Origin: Myxococcota bacterium
Lineage (GTDB): Bacteria; Myxococcota_A; SURF-8
Assembly (NCBI GenBank): GCA_963674735.2
Contig: CAXXQS010000001.1
Location: 352,001-416,000 of the forward strand
Reading direction: 5' to 3'
DNA length: 64,000 nucleotides
How positions within the stretch are numbered: the stretch's first letter is position 1; each line of letters begins with the position of its first letter. Of the stretch, positions 33,015-41,956 are shown one piece after another. The position numbers were made by a program, and so were the translations under genes. Under the pieces are notes generated by a model that saw only the letters and a list, made by a program, of their open reading frames with translations, did not search any database and was not told the origin of the DNA.

Positions 33015-33483
33015 CTAAGGCTGATCCCCATCTTCTTCCGTAATTCCGGCAATATGCGTGTTTTCTTGTGTGGGGTGATAGCAGCCGCAGGGATTGACCA
33101 AGTCCGTATCGTCGCAGCCCTGCGCCTCGAAGCGACTCCCGAAATGATCGCGACAAAGGGCGCGACAATCCAAGGTTTCGAAACGCCGATTGCTCTCCGA
33201 ACAGAGCGCAATGTTTTCCAGATCGAGGCAGCGAAAAAACGATCGGACAGGCGTGAGGCTGACAAATTCCCTCAATGATTTCGCAGCGTTCGTTCATGGC
33301 GCAATCGCGGTCTCGCTCGCAGAATGTCACCGGCGCGGCGTCCGGATTTTCACCGACTTTCGCGGCTTGGAGATTCACCCAGTCTTTCAAGCGACTTTCC
33401 GCTGTATCGCGCGTCGATCCACTTGAACAACCCGCCGCGGCCAATACAATGAAACTCAATACGGCCCAAAACCCCATTCGCAT
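33015..33483 (-). pseudogene. Cys-rich lipoprotein, apparently frameshifted at a T6 run (33234-33239)
   Basis: MRMGFWAVLSFIVLAAAGC lipobox from ATG 33483; removing one T continues as FRCLDLENIALCSESNRRFETLDCRALC..., which matches the neighbouring paralog's Cys spacing. Confidence 0.7.
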
Positions 33484-33735
33484 GACGACCTCCCCGGTTT
33501 GAGTCGGTCCGCTCCTGCCCTGCGAACAATCAAAAATCCCCATTTTCCCCGTTCGGCCCATGCCGCATGAGGCGATTATCATTGCAATTTCCAGACCACC
33601 GGGAAAAACCCAGTCATAATGCGAGTCCGTTGCCGCTGGCTCCGTCAACCACAGGAGCGACCACGACACAGATGTCCGACTTGCGGCGGCAGAGGCGGGT
33701 TTGCCCTTTTCTTTGGGAGCGGGCACGCGTCAGCG

Positions 33736-33857
33736 GATGGGTGAGGTCATATCCTGACCCCCCCCAGGTTAGAGCAGATCTCAGACCTGCTCTGTAGAGG
33801 GAAAGGAGCCCGTCACAGACGCGCTCCAACTTGAAGATGGGTGAGGTCATATCCTGA
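33736..33857. repeat. Inverted REP-like pair flanked by 22-bp direct repeats
   Basis: GATGGGTGAGGTCATATCCTGA at 33736 and 33836; hairpins at 33768-33793 (+) and 33805-33830 (-). Confidence 0.8.
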
Positions 33858-33878
33858 ACCCAATAAAGCACCTTCACC

Positions 33879-34694
33879 TCATAGTTCCAGGCAGCCGCCG
33901 AAAATGGTAATGCCGTCGTCCATCGGGATACACAGGGTATCCTCATTGCAGGTGTTGGGAATAGGTTCGCAGATTTTCATGCAGATCTGATCGCCGTTTT
34001 GGAAAGCCATGCAGATGTGGTTTTCATCGCCGCCGCAAAAATCATCAGGCGTATCGCAATCCGGGCCTTCGGGATCGAAGCAGACGCCGAAGGGCTGGCT
34101 CGGCGTTCCGTAATCGATGCAGGGGATGCTGTCGGTACCCGGATCGCACATGGCGAGGTCGCAGGGTTCAATCCCCCAATTCTCGGTAAAACCTATACAA
34201 GCGCATCGGTCATAGCCCGTACATTCCTCGAACATACAATAGCCGTTGGTGTTGTATTGCCGCTGACAAGAAACGTTGCATTCGATCTTTTTGTAAGCGC
34301 CGGTTTGGCCGCACCAGCACAGCTCGGTTTCGGACAAGCAATCCGGGAGATCCTCGCCGAACACGCAGCTTCTCGCGCAGGTGGGAATCTCCTCTTCCGC
34401 CTCATTTTCCGCTTCCAAGTCCATTTCGCCGGGACTATCCAAATCGCCATCGCTGGGTAGGTCCGCGTCGCCTGACACGTCGCCGTCGGGCGTATCTCCG
34501 TCTGAGGCATCGCCGTCGGAAGCGTCGCCGTCGGAGGTATCTCCGTCGGAGGTGTCACCATCAGACGCATCGCCATTGTTTTGATCTCCCCCGGAAAAAG
34601 TTGGATTACTCGTAGAAGAACAGGCGATGAAACTTGCGAAGAGAGTCAGCAGCAGCACGACATAAAACCCTTGCAGAGTACGGTTCAATTTCAT
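33879..34694 (-). CDS. Cys-rich lipoprotein with DGD repeats (paralog B)
   Basis: ATG 34694 with GGAGG RBS; FIAC lipobox; (DGDxS)n; Cys-rich C-terminus. Confidence 0.88.
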   Translation of the reverse strand: MKLNRTLQGFYVVLLLTLFASFIACSSTSNPTFSGGDQNNGDASDGDTSDGDTSDGDASDGDASDGDTPDGDVSGDADLPSDGDLDSPGEMDLEAENEAEEEIPTCARSCVFGEDLPDCLSETELCWCGQTGAYKKIECNVSCQRQYNTNGYCMFEECTGYDRCACIGFTENWGIEPCDLAMCDPGTDSIPCIDYGTPSQPFGVCFDPEGPDCDTPDDFCGGDENHICMAFQNGDQICMKICEPIPNTCNEDTLCIPMDDGITIFGGCLEL

Positions 34695-34991
34695 CGTGAC
34701 CTCCTCATAGCTCCAGGCAGCCGCCGAAAATGGTGATGCCGTCTTCCATCGGGATACACAGGGTATCCTCATTGCAGGTGTTGGGAATAGGTTCGCAGAT
34801 TTCCATGCAGATCTGATCGCCGTTTTGGAAAGCCATGCAGATGTGGTTTTCATCGCCGCCGCAAAAATCATCAGGCGTATCGCAATCCGGGCCTTCGGGA
34901 TCGAAGCAGACGCCGAAGGGCTGGCTCGGCGTTCCGTAATCGATGCAGGGGATGCTGTCGGTACCCGGATCGCACATGGCGAGGTCGCAGG
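33879..34991. repeat. 287-bp near-identical direct repeat (33879-34165 and 34705-34991)
   Basis: Manual alignment shows 4 substitutions; encodes the shared C-terminal domain of two lipoproteins. Confidence 0.92.
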
Positions 34992-35562
34992 CATCCATGC
35001 AGATCCAATTCTGAATGCCTTCACTATCAATATCTCCAACGCAATAATCCGAACCGCGTTTTTGGCAATCTGCATTCGAACAACAATAATCTTCACAGTG
35101 ACCACATAGACAACGCTCATGGTTAACTGCATCATCAAACCCACAAATGCCACCTCCATCATAAAAATTCGTTTCACATATTGCATGGCAATCGATAATA
35201 CTAAAGGTATGTAAGTCTTCATCGCACCAGCACAACTCGGTTTCAGACAAGCAATCCGGGAGATCCTCGCCGTACACGCAGCTTCCCGCGCAGACGGGGA
35301 GTTCCTCTTCTGCGTCGTCCTCCGCTTCCACGTCCGTTTCACCGGCACGATCCAAGTCGCCATCGCTGGGCAGATCCGCGTCGCCCGGCACGTCGCCGTC
35401 GGTCAAATCTCCGTCAGATGTATCGCCGTCGGAGGCGTCGCCGTCGGACGTATCTCCGTCGGAGGCATCGGCTCGCGTGGCATCGTCGGAACTGCAGGCG
35501 ACAAAAGCGGCCAGTAGCAGCAAGACCAGGCAGACTCGCAAAGCGGACAAACGAACAGACAT
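34705..35562 (-). CDS. Cys-rich lipoprotein with DGD repeats (paralog A)
   Basis: FVAC lipobox; (DGDxS)n; Cys-rich body. Confidence 0.9.
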   Translation of the reverse strand: MSVRLSALRVCLVLLLLAAFVACSSDDATRADASDGDTSDGDASDGDTSDGDLTDGDVPGDADLPSDGDLDRAGETDVEAEDDAEEELPVCAGSCVYGEDLPDCLSETELCWCDEDLHTFSIIDCHAICETNFYDGGGICGFDDAVNHERCLCGHCEDYCCSNADCQKRGSDYCVGDIDSEGIQNWICMDACDLAMCDPGTDSIPCIDYGTPSQPFGVCFDPEGPDCDTPDDFCGGDENHICMAFQNGDQICMEICEPIPNTCNEDTLCIPMEDGITIFGGCLEL

Positions 35563-35983
35563 GATATTTTCCTTGGGTTCTATTCGGTCTTTCGTGGCGG
35601 GAAAGAATATTATCGATAAGCTTAACGGGCGGCCTGTGCAATGTCAAGTTGAATATGATCAGTATGAGCGGAAATAAATCTAATAGAGCGAGGCCACGGG
35701 CCCGTTCGAGCTGAACGTGTCGAACCGATTACCCTGAGTGATTTCGGGAAGCGAAATTGGTTCGAAGGGTGTTTTCTCGTTCTTCAGGATGAAAATCCTC
35801 CGATATTCTCCTCAGAAGCGGGGAAGACATGCGCCTGAAAACACCGAGAATGGGTCCGGTTTGGAAAAGGGGTTTCACGAAATTGGCTGGACATTTTTAC
35901 CTTATCCGCTCATAATACTTTCAAGCTGATTGCATACAGAATGCCCGATAACGGGCCGACCAGCCGCAGACAGGGGGCTTTGC

Positions 35984-36355
35984 ATGGCGCAGGTGTTAGT
36001 CATTGACGACGAACGGGGGATTCGCCTGACCTTCCAGGCCTTTCTGGAGGAGAGCGGCCACCAGGTGGACACGGCGGAAGATGCCGGAGCGGCCATGCGC
36101 CTGCTCACCGAAAACAACTATGACGTGGTGCTTACCGACATCGTCATGCCGCGTCTGGACGGCATCGAGCTGCTGAAAATCATCCGCATTCGCAGTCCCG
36201 AAACCCAAGTGGTGATCGTCACCGGGCAGCCCGAAGTCGAGTCGGCGGCCGCTTCGGTGCGTGCGGGAGCCTTCGATTACCTCTGTAAACCGGTTACCAA
36301 GGAAATGGTTCAGGACATCGTCCACAAAGCCACCCGTCTCAAACAACGCGATTGA
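35984..36355 (+). CDS. Single-domain response regulator receiver
   Basis: VLVIDDE, LTDIVMP, VTG, DYLCKP. Confidence 0.9.
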   Translation: MAQVLVIDDERGIRLTFQAFLEESGHQVDTAEDAGAAMRLLTENNYDVVLTDIVMPRLDGIELLKIIRIRSPETQVVIVTGQPEVESAAASVRAGAFDYLCKPVTKEMVQDIVHKATRLKQRD

Positions 36356-36506
36356 AACAGATCTCCGTTTAATGGACGACGTGGGGAGACGGCTGCAAAC
36401 AAACGGCCGGGAAGGCGTGAAACGATTATTTCGGGAATTTCTTTGAACCGGGGCATCTCATGATTAAAGTAGTGACCTGTTTATCGAACCTTTGGAGGAG
36501 AATTCC

Positions 36507-36869
36507 ATGAGTGAAAACATCGCAACCAACAGCGAGCATGTCAGCATGACCGAACGGGCGCTGGATGAGTTTGAAACATTTATGAAGCAAGACGAGAACC
36601 AGGGAAAAGCGATTCGCTTGGTGGTGGCTGGAAATGGATGCAGCGGGCCGATGATCGGCTTGGCGATCGACGATCCCAGCGAAGAAGAATCGATTTTCAG
36701 CGATCGCGGCGTTACGTTGATTGCCGAAGCGCCTTTGCTCGAACATTTGAGCTCGCGCGGCGGTGTCACCATCGAATACGTCGATGATCCCACCTACGGC
36801 AGCGGCTTCCGCCTGCAGATGAACGTCCCCGAAACCTCCTGCGGCTCCTGCGGTGGTGGTTGCGGCTGA
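36507..36869 (+). CDS. HesB/IscA-like protein (Cys-containing paralog)
   Basis: KAIRLVVAGNGCSGPMIGLAIDD...GSGF...SCGSCGGGCG; GGAGGAG RBS. Confidence 0.88.
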   Translation: MSENIATNSEHVSMTERALDEFETFMKQDENQGKAIRLVVAGNGCSGPMIGLAIDDPSEEESIFSDRGVTLIAEAPLLEHLSSRGGVTIEYVDDPTYGSGFRLQMNVPETSCGSCGGGCG

Positions 36870-36892
36870 AAAGCCAGTAAAATCAATCATAT

Positions 36893-36919
36893 AAAAGACG
36901 GCTGCGGCCGTCTTTTTTT
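36893..36919. terminator. Bidirectional intrinsic terminator
   Basis: AAAAGACGGC-TGCG-GCCGTCTTTTTTT. Confidence 0.88.
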
Positions 36920-36954
36920 CGTTCACAAGCCCGAAAAAGCTCCCTTCGCCGGCG

Positions 36955-37197
36955 TCACGGCGCGCCCGGCAGAGTCGACCAGGAATGCTGCCGAGTCAAG
37001 GTGAGAGTCAGTTCCACTTGTGTGGGTTCGAGTTGCGAAACCCAAGCGGCTCCATGACGACAGCCGACCCAGAGCAAGGTGCTTAGTAGTAAAATCGTAA
37101 GTAATAACAACAGCCTGCGCGTGCGTCCGATTTCGCGGCGGGCTCGCTCGTGGTGCTCCAGCAAGGCGGCGCGTTCTTCCAATTCTTTGATGGTCAT
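36955..37197 (-). CDS. Small hypothetical single-TM protein
   Basis: GAGGTG RBS, ATG 37197, charged N-terminus then LLLLLTILLLSTLLWVG; ends before terminator. Confidence 0.55.
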   Translation of the reverse strand: MTIKELEERAALLEHHERARREIGRTRRLLLLLTILLLSTLLWVGCRHGAAWVSQLEPTQVELTLTLTRQHSWSTLPGAP

Positions 37198-37470
37198 GGC
37201 ACACCTCTTTCGAAAACGATTCGAAGAACTTAAAAATCCTTGCAAAAACGGCCAGTTTCAACGAAATCGTCTTCCTCCATGTGTCCTTCTCTTTGATAGA
37301 TATGGTGGCTGACGGCTTTATTTCCCGTGAAAATTCGGGGGTGGGAGGATGAAAAAAAGTGATGGGAATTCCTGGGGGTCGTCTTGGATCTTACATTGAA
37401 GTAGAATGGATGACGTCGATTCAAGTAAAATGGGTAACACCGATTGTTGAGTGAAATCAGGGAGATGGAT

Positions 37471-37926
37471 ATGACGATCCTGAAGTTGGAGCAGGCCTTG
37501 CTGATGGCCATCGACACCGAACTCGCAGCCGCGCGGCGCTACGAATCCATGGCGATGCGCGCCGCCGCGCCCGATACTGAGCGCTTTCTACGTCATATGG
37601 CTGAGCAAGAAAAACGGCATGCGGGACTCATTCAGGAGGCCGCCAAGGAGTGGAGCAGCCAGGCTGAGCGCATGATCGGTCGCACGGTGGATGACGAGGC
37701 GGGGCCGCCGGCTTGGGAGTTTCCGGAAGATTTGGAGTTGCTGGAGGCGGTAGATCTGGCGCTGACCGCCGAGGAACAGGCCGCCGGGTATTACCGCTCG
37801 CTCAGCCGCTCGCCGAATTCGGAAGTAGCTGAATTCTTTCAGGATATGGAGAAACGCGAGCGGGCCCACGTGGACGAGTTGCAGCGCTTCAAGGCCAAGC
37901 TCCAGCAGGGCGCGCGCCTGAAATAA
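37471..37926 (+). CDS. Ferritin-like (rubrerythrin diiron domain) protein 4
   Basis: AIDTE...Y, EQEKRH, ALTAE...YY, RERAH. Confidence 0.88.
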   Translation: MTILKLEQALLMAIDTELAAARRYESMAMRAAAPDTERFLRHMAEQEKRHAGLIQEAAKEWSSQAERMIGRTVDDEAGPPAWEFPEDLELLEAVDLALTAEEQAAGYYRSLSRSPNSEVAEFFQDMEKRERAHVDELQRFKAKLQQGARLK

Positions 37927-38088
37927 CGGATAAAACGTGACGGAAGAGGGGCGTGCAAAGGCGTCCGCTGCGCCGTTTCGTCTCGTTGCCGTGACCGACG
38001 CAAACTGTCGAAACGTCCGTTTTCGACGCGCAGTCATTCAGTCTCCAGGTTAGGCAAGCCTTCGATCGGCTCGTGAGCGCTGAGAGGT

Positions 38089-38114
38089 GGAGCCCGTCGG
38101 AAATGCGCTCCAAC
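38089..38114 (-). repeat. REP-like hairpin copy
   Basis: Minus strand GTTGGAGCGCATTTCCGACGGGCTCC, 2 mismatches to the 27152 copy. Confidence 0.75.
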
Positions 38115-38914
38115 CCGGAACCGCCGCTGGCTGTTTTGCAAGCTCGATGCGCTCGATGCGCCATTTGCGCTGTTTGGGTACTGTTGAAATCACTCGCTAT
38201 TTAGGCCCGCACGTTTTCCGGCAGGACGTAATCCCACTAGAATACTATGATTGCCGTAATACGTCACACCTGCGCGCGCACTTTTTGAGGGCCGCGCAAA
38301 CGGAGAGCCGGACGCAGGCGCGAAAAAATCCACTCGCCAGCGAAAAAAACATAGTAATAACAAGGGGAAACACGTATCCGAGAACGGGGCTTGATTTTTC
38401 TTGCAGCGACAAAAAGAAAGGCAAGCGCCACATAAATAGCGCAAGCACAAGTATAGTGAGTATATACTATTAATAAGATAAGATAGGCATGCCAAAATAG
38501 AGGCTCTATGTGCCTGTAAATACAGGGTAATCCCCAAAACGCGCGAGACGGCCCCGAGTCGAGCCCGCCGCTGCGGCCAAAATGGTGGGAAAGGGAAGTG
38601 ATATTGGGTGCTTGCAAAGGTGCTAGGCGCGTTTGCAGGCTACAGGAACGATCCGTGTAGATCCTGATTGGAGTGCAAGTAACGGAAGTTGGATAATTGA
38701 AATAATAATTTGACATGTGAATTGGATGGAAGTAAATATACCTATCCTTGTAAGAAAGAAATATCTCAAAATTGAGAAGTAGACCTATTTAGTTTGTGGG
38801 GTTTTGCGCCTGAATTTGTATGTAAGCGAAATAGTGGTGTTGCGTGCACAAGCGAATTCGAGGCCGGTTTAGAAAACAAAAAGCCGGAAAATAGTGAAAG
38901 AAGGATTGAGGATC

Positions 38915-41416
38915 ATGGGACTATTCGGACCCGACAAAAAAGAATATGAGAAAAAATTTCAACAAGTTTTGCAATGGCAAAGCTCGGTCTTTCAGCTTTC
39001 ACAAACCATCTTGAGCCGCTATCACCATAATTTGGATGGATTATCGAAAGAAATCACGGCTGAGTTGTTGAAAGAACATTCGATCTATGCCGAAATGGCC
39101 GGGGTCTGGTTGATAGATAATACAGATAAAAGCAAAGTTAAATGTAAGGCATTCATGGCCCATGGTGATGACGTTCATGCACGTATTGGGTTAGAAATAG
39201 ACGTGAAAGATCATCCATTCAGTCAATGTCTCAGGGAGACAAGTGAAGAGGTATATCAAGTATTATCCTCCGATAAAGTTCGAGAACTAGTGTCTCAAGG
39301 ATTTTTAGAAAGGGATTGGTCACAATACTCGGATATTAAAAGCGGCCTATTTATTAAAATCATGCTGGACGCTACCTGTATCGGCTTCATTGAATTGTAT
39401 AACCAGTTAACCCGCAGCTTGCCCTATATAGAGATATCCAGAAAAGGATTCAGCTGGCTGAACGATCAGGAGTTCAAAGACAACACGCAGCGTTTGATGT
39501 TGCAAATCGGGAAAACGATCGGACTTGCCGTAACAAAAGTTCAGCATACCAAAGTGAGAAGCCAGTATTATGATGAACTGATCGAAGCCAAGAATGCTCA
39601 TGAATTACGTTGTTGTATTTCTAGGCAGCTTAAAGAATTTTCAGAAGCAGAATGTTTTTCGTATTGGACGTATAGTTCAAGGCATGAAGAGCTATTGCTG
39701 AAGTTCTCTTCCGGAATTGTAATCGATAAGGATCACATGGTATTGAACGCAAATGCGTGCTGGTTAGGGGAGATTATTGATACAGACAAAGAGATGATAT
39801 TTGAGAAGGATCCGTCAGATAAATACCAAGATCCATACTGGAGAGAGAAACTCGGAAAATTTCAGGTCATCGGAATTCCCCTGAGAAAGGTTGATGGGAA
39901 GGTGTTTGCTATTGTATCCTTGCATTTTGATAAAAGTCACTCAATTGATGAGTTGTTGAAAGAAAAAATAGCAAAATACTTCAAAAAATGTGCAACAATG
40001 ATCATGTCAAACCGCCATAGATTGGAAAACAAACGAAGATCGGAATTCGAAGCAAGGCTATCTAAGCTATTACTGATCGATGGCTGGGAAGGGTTTTACG
40101 ATGCGTTGGTTGTCATGATAAAAAGCGTGATGGGCGCAGATGCTTGTAGTCTTTTATTAAAAGACAATCACGAGCTCAAGCTTAGACTTGAAAGTACGAC
40201 TTCTGAAAGACTTAAAGATAAAATCGGGACGACCGTATATGATCTAGTCAGAGGTAAAAGTATCACAGTTGATGTCTTTAGGGATAGTAGACAAAGAACC
40301 GTCTACCGGCGTGCGATGGACGAGCCCAATTATTCCAAAGGCCTTTGTGATGAGATCGATGCACAGGGTGATGCCTCGATCGTATTCGGCCGAATCAGGT
40401 TGGGAGATAGGTCTCCGATCGGTGTGATCCGTTGTGTGAAGAAAAATGAAGTTAGTGCAGACACAAAAAATGGGATAAACATTCATTTCCACAATACATT
40501 TGATCATCATGAAGATAAAATGATGCAATCAATTTGCCAAACAGTGAGTGTGACTAGCAAGTTGATAATGGAAGCACGAGCCTCCTCGCTACGTGCTATC
40601 GCGTCCAAACAGCGCGCAATCGAACTCGAGCATGAAACGGTAACGCCCATCAGTATTGTGCAGCACACGCTGGATGAGCTAAGATTCAGGCTTCGGCGTT
40701 TGTCTAAAATCGACAGTGTTGATCTAATGGAAATGGTTGATGCGGATCAATATGGCCAAAAAAATACCGTTGTTTGGTCACGTGATACACAAAAACATTT
40801 ATTTGGAAAATTGGATAAAAAGGGCCGAATCGCTAAATTTGAAGCAGTGCGAACCACCACCTTGATTAAAATGCCGAATGTAGCGGATATTCCTAAAAAC
40901 GATTATTATATCCAAAAAATTTATTTGCAGAGTTTATTGGGAGATATTTTCCATTTGGCGGACCATTTTGCCAATGTCGAAGGGTTAAAAGTGGCCCGAT
41001 TCAGTCCTTTACTAGCAAAGATTAGACGGTCAGAGCACTGTGTTTACGTCGATAAAGGCTTGTTTTTACAGGCAGCCATGCATTTAATAGACAATGCCAT
41101 TAAATACAGCATTCCAAGTGAGAAAGGTGGAAGAAGATACGGGGGGGATATCTGGTTTGAGTTTGAGCAAGGACAAGTCAATCGAAACGAACGGTATTTG
41201 CTACGTGTCTGCAATGTCGGTGAAGCTATTCCAGAAAGGGAACGAAAAAAAATATGGGAAAAGAATACTCGCGGCGAAGCGGCAAAACAAAGCGGCAAGC
41301 CGGGAAAGGGACTTGGATTGTATGTCGTCAAACGTATTATGCAAAACATGGGGGGGGATGCCAGGTTGCTGACCACTCAAGACGACGAGACTCGATTCGA
41401 GCTTTTGCTCCCATAA
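38915..41416 (+). CDS. Soluble GAF-domain sensor histidine kinase (AT-rich)
   Basis: GAF-like segments, H-box EHETVTP, N-box LIDNAIKY, CNVGEAI, RG...GKGLGLY. Confidence 0.88.
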   Translation: MGLFGPDKKEYEKKFQQVLQWQSSVFQLSQTILSRYHHNLDGLSKEITAELLKEHSIYAEMAGVWLIDNTDKSKVKCKAFMAHGDDVHARIGLEIDVKDHPFSQCLRETSEEVYQVLSSDKVRELVSQGFLERDWSQYSDIKSGLFIKIMLDATCIGFIELYNQLTRSLPYIEISRKGFSWLNDQEFKDNTQRLMLQIGKTIGLAVTKVQHTKVRSQYYDELIEAKNAHELRCCISRQLKEFSEAECFSYWTYSSRHEELLLKFSSGIVIDKDHMVLNANACWLGEIIDTDKEMIFEKDPSDKYQDPYWREKLGKFQVIGIPLRKVDGKVFAIVSLHFDKSHSIDELLKEKIAKYFKKCATMIMSNRHRLENKRRSEFEARLSKLLLIDGWEGFYDALVVMIKSVMGADACSLLLKDNHELKLRLESTTSERLKDKIGTTVYDLVRGKSITVDVFRDSRQRTVYRRAMDEPNYSKGLCDEIDAQGDASIVFGRIRLGDRSPIGVIRCVKKNEVSADTKNGINIHFHNTFDHHEDKMMQSICQTVSVTSKLIMEARASSLRAIASKQRAIELEHETVTPISIVQHTLDELRFRLRRLSKIDSVDLMEMVDADQYGQKNTVVWSRDTQKHLFGKLDKKGRIAKFEAVRTTTLIKMPNVADIPKNDYYIQKIYLQSLLGDIFHLADHFANVEGLKVARFSPLLAKIRRSEHCVYVDKGLFLQAAMHLIDNAIKYSIPSEKGGRRYGGDIWFEFEQGQVNRNERYLLRVCNVGEAIPERERKKIWEKNTRGEAAKQSGKPGKGLGLYVVKRIMQNMGGDARLLTTQDDETRFELLLP

Positions 41417-41431
41417 TCATGGAGGTGTGCG

Positions 41432-41956
41432 ATGCCGGAAATTCTGGTTATTGAAGATCAATGCAAACGTTTTCAGACCATCCTTGATATGCTTGCAGAC
41501 ATGCTCGAAGAAACTCAGAGTGGTTATTCGCTTATAAGACAGAGTAACTGGTCGAAGGCGCTGGAAATCTATGCGGAACGGCATAAGGAGATCAAGCTGG
41601 TGATTTTGGATGTACGCATGCCGGCTGTTTACAAAGATGAAATGGAGCGTACTCCGGACGGAAAACTGGTTCCCAGACTGGGAATCGATCGAGATGAAAA
41701 ACAATTCAACTACGGCCGGACGACGGGGTTGGAGGTGTATCGTCGAATCAAAGAGATCGATGGAGACCAGGAAATCCTGTTTTGGACGGTCCTTCGTATC
41801 AAAGAAATAATAGATGAGGGCATTCCGGTTGACGATCAGCACTACATGGGAAAAGACTCGGATTACGCAGCCTTTCTGGAAAGCATCGATAAAATAATCG
41901 GAACAGAATTATTTGATTACTATAACGATATTATGTTGGACGAGGGGCAGGAATAA
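41432..41956 (+). CDS. Response regulator receiver protein with internal insertion
   Basis: ILVIED, LVILDVRMP, long insert, TGLEVY, FWT, MGK. Confidence 0.82.
   Translation: MPEILVIEDQCKRFQTILDMLADMLEETQSGYSLIRQSNWSKALEIYAERHKEIKLVILDVRMPAVYKDEMERTPDGKLVPRLGIDRDEKQFNYGRTTGLEVYRRIKEIDGDQEILFWTVLRIKEIIDEGIPVDDQHYMGKDSDYAAFLESIDKIIGTELFDYYNDIMLDEGQE

Noticed and set aside
33879-34991. Diversity-generating retroelement (TR/VR pair)
   Set aside because: The four differences between the 287-bp repeats are not confined to adenines of one copy, both copies are coding, and no reverse transcriptase is in the window
33879-35363. 494-aa ORF in the track
   Set aside because: Its N-terminal half is an off-frame read of paralog A; the real gene starts at ATG 34694 with RBS and lipoprotein signal
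27152-38114. CRISPR array or integron attC sites
   Set aside because: Repeats are kilobases apart and in both orientations, without regular spacers, cas genes or an integrase; ends do not fit RYYYAAC/GTTRRRY
37927-38914. att duplication of the rlmH 3' end at the left border of the AT-rich island
   Set aside because: No copy of the rlmH terminal sequence found by eye; ORFs here look non-coding
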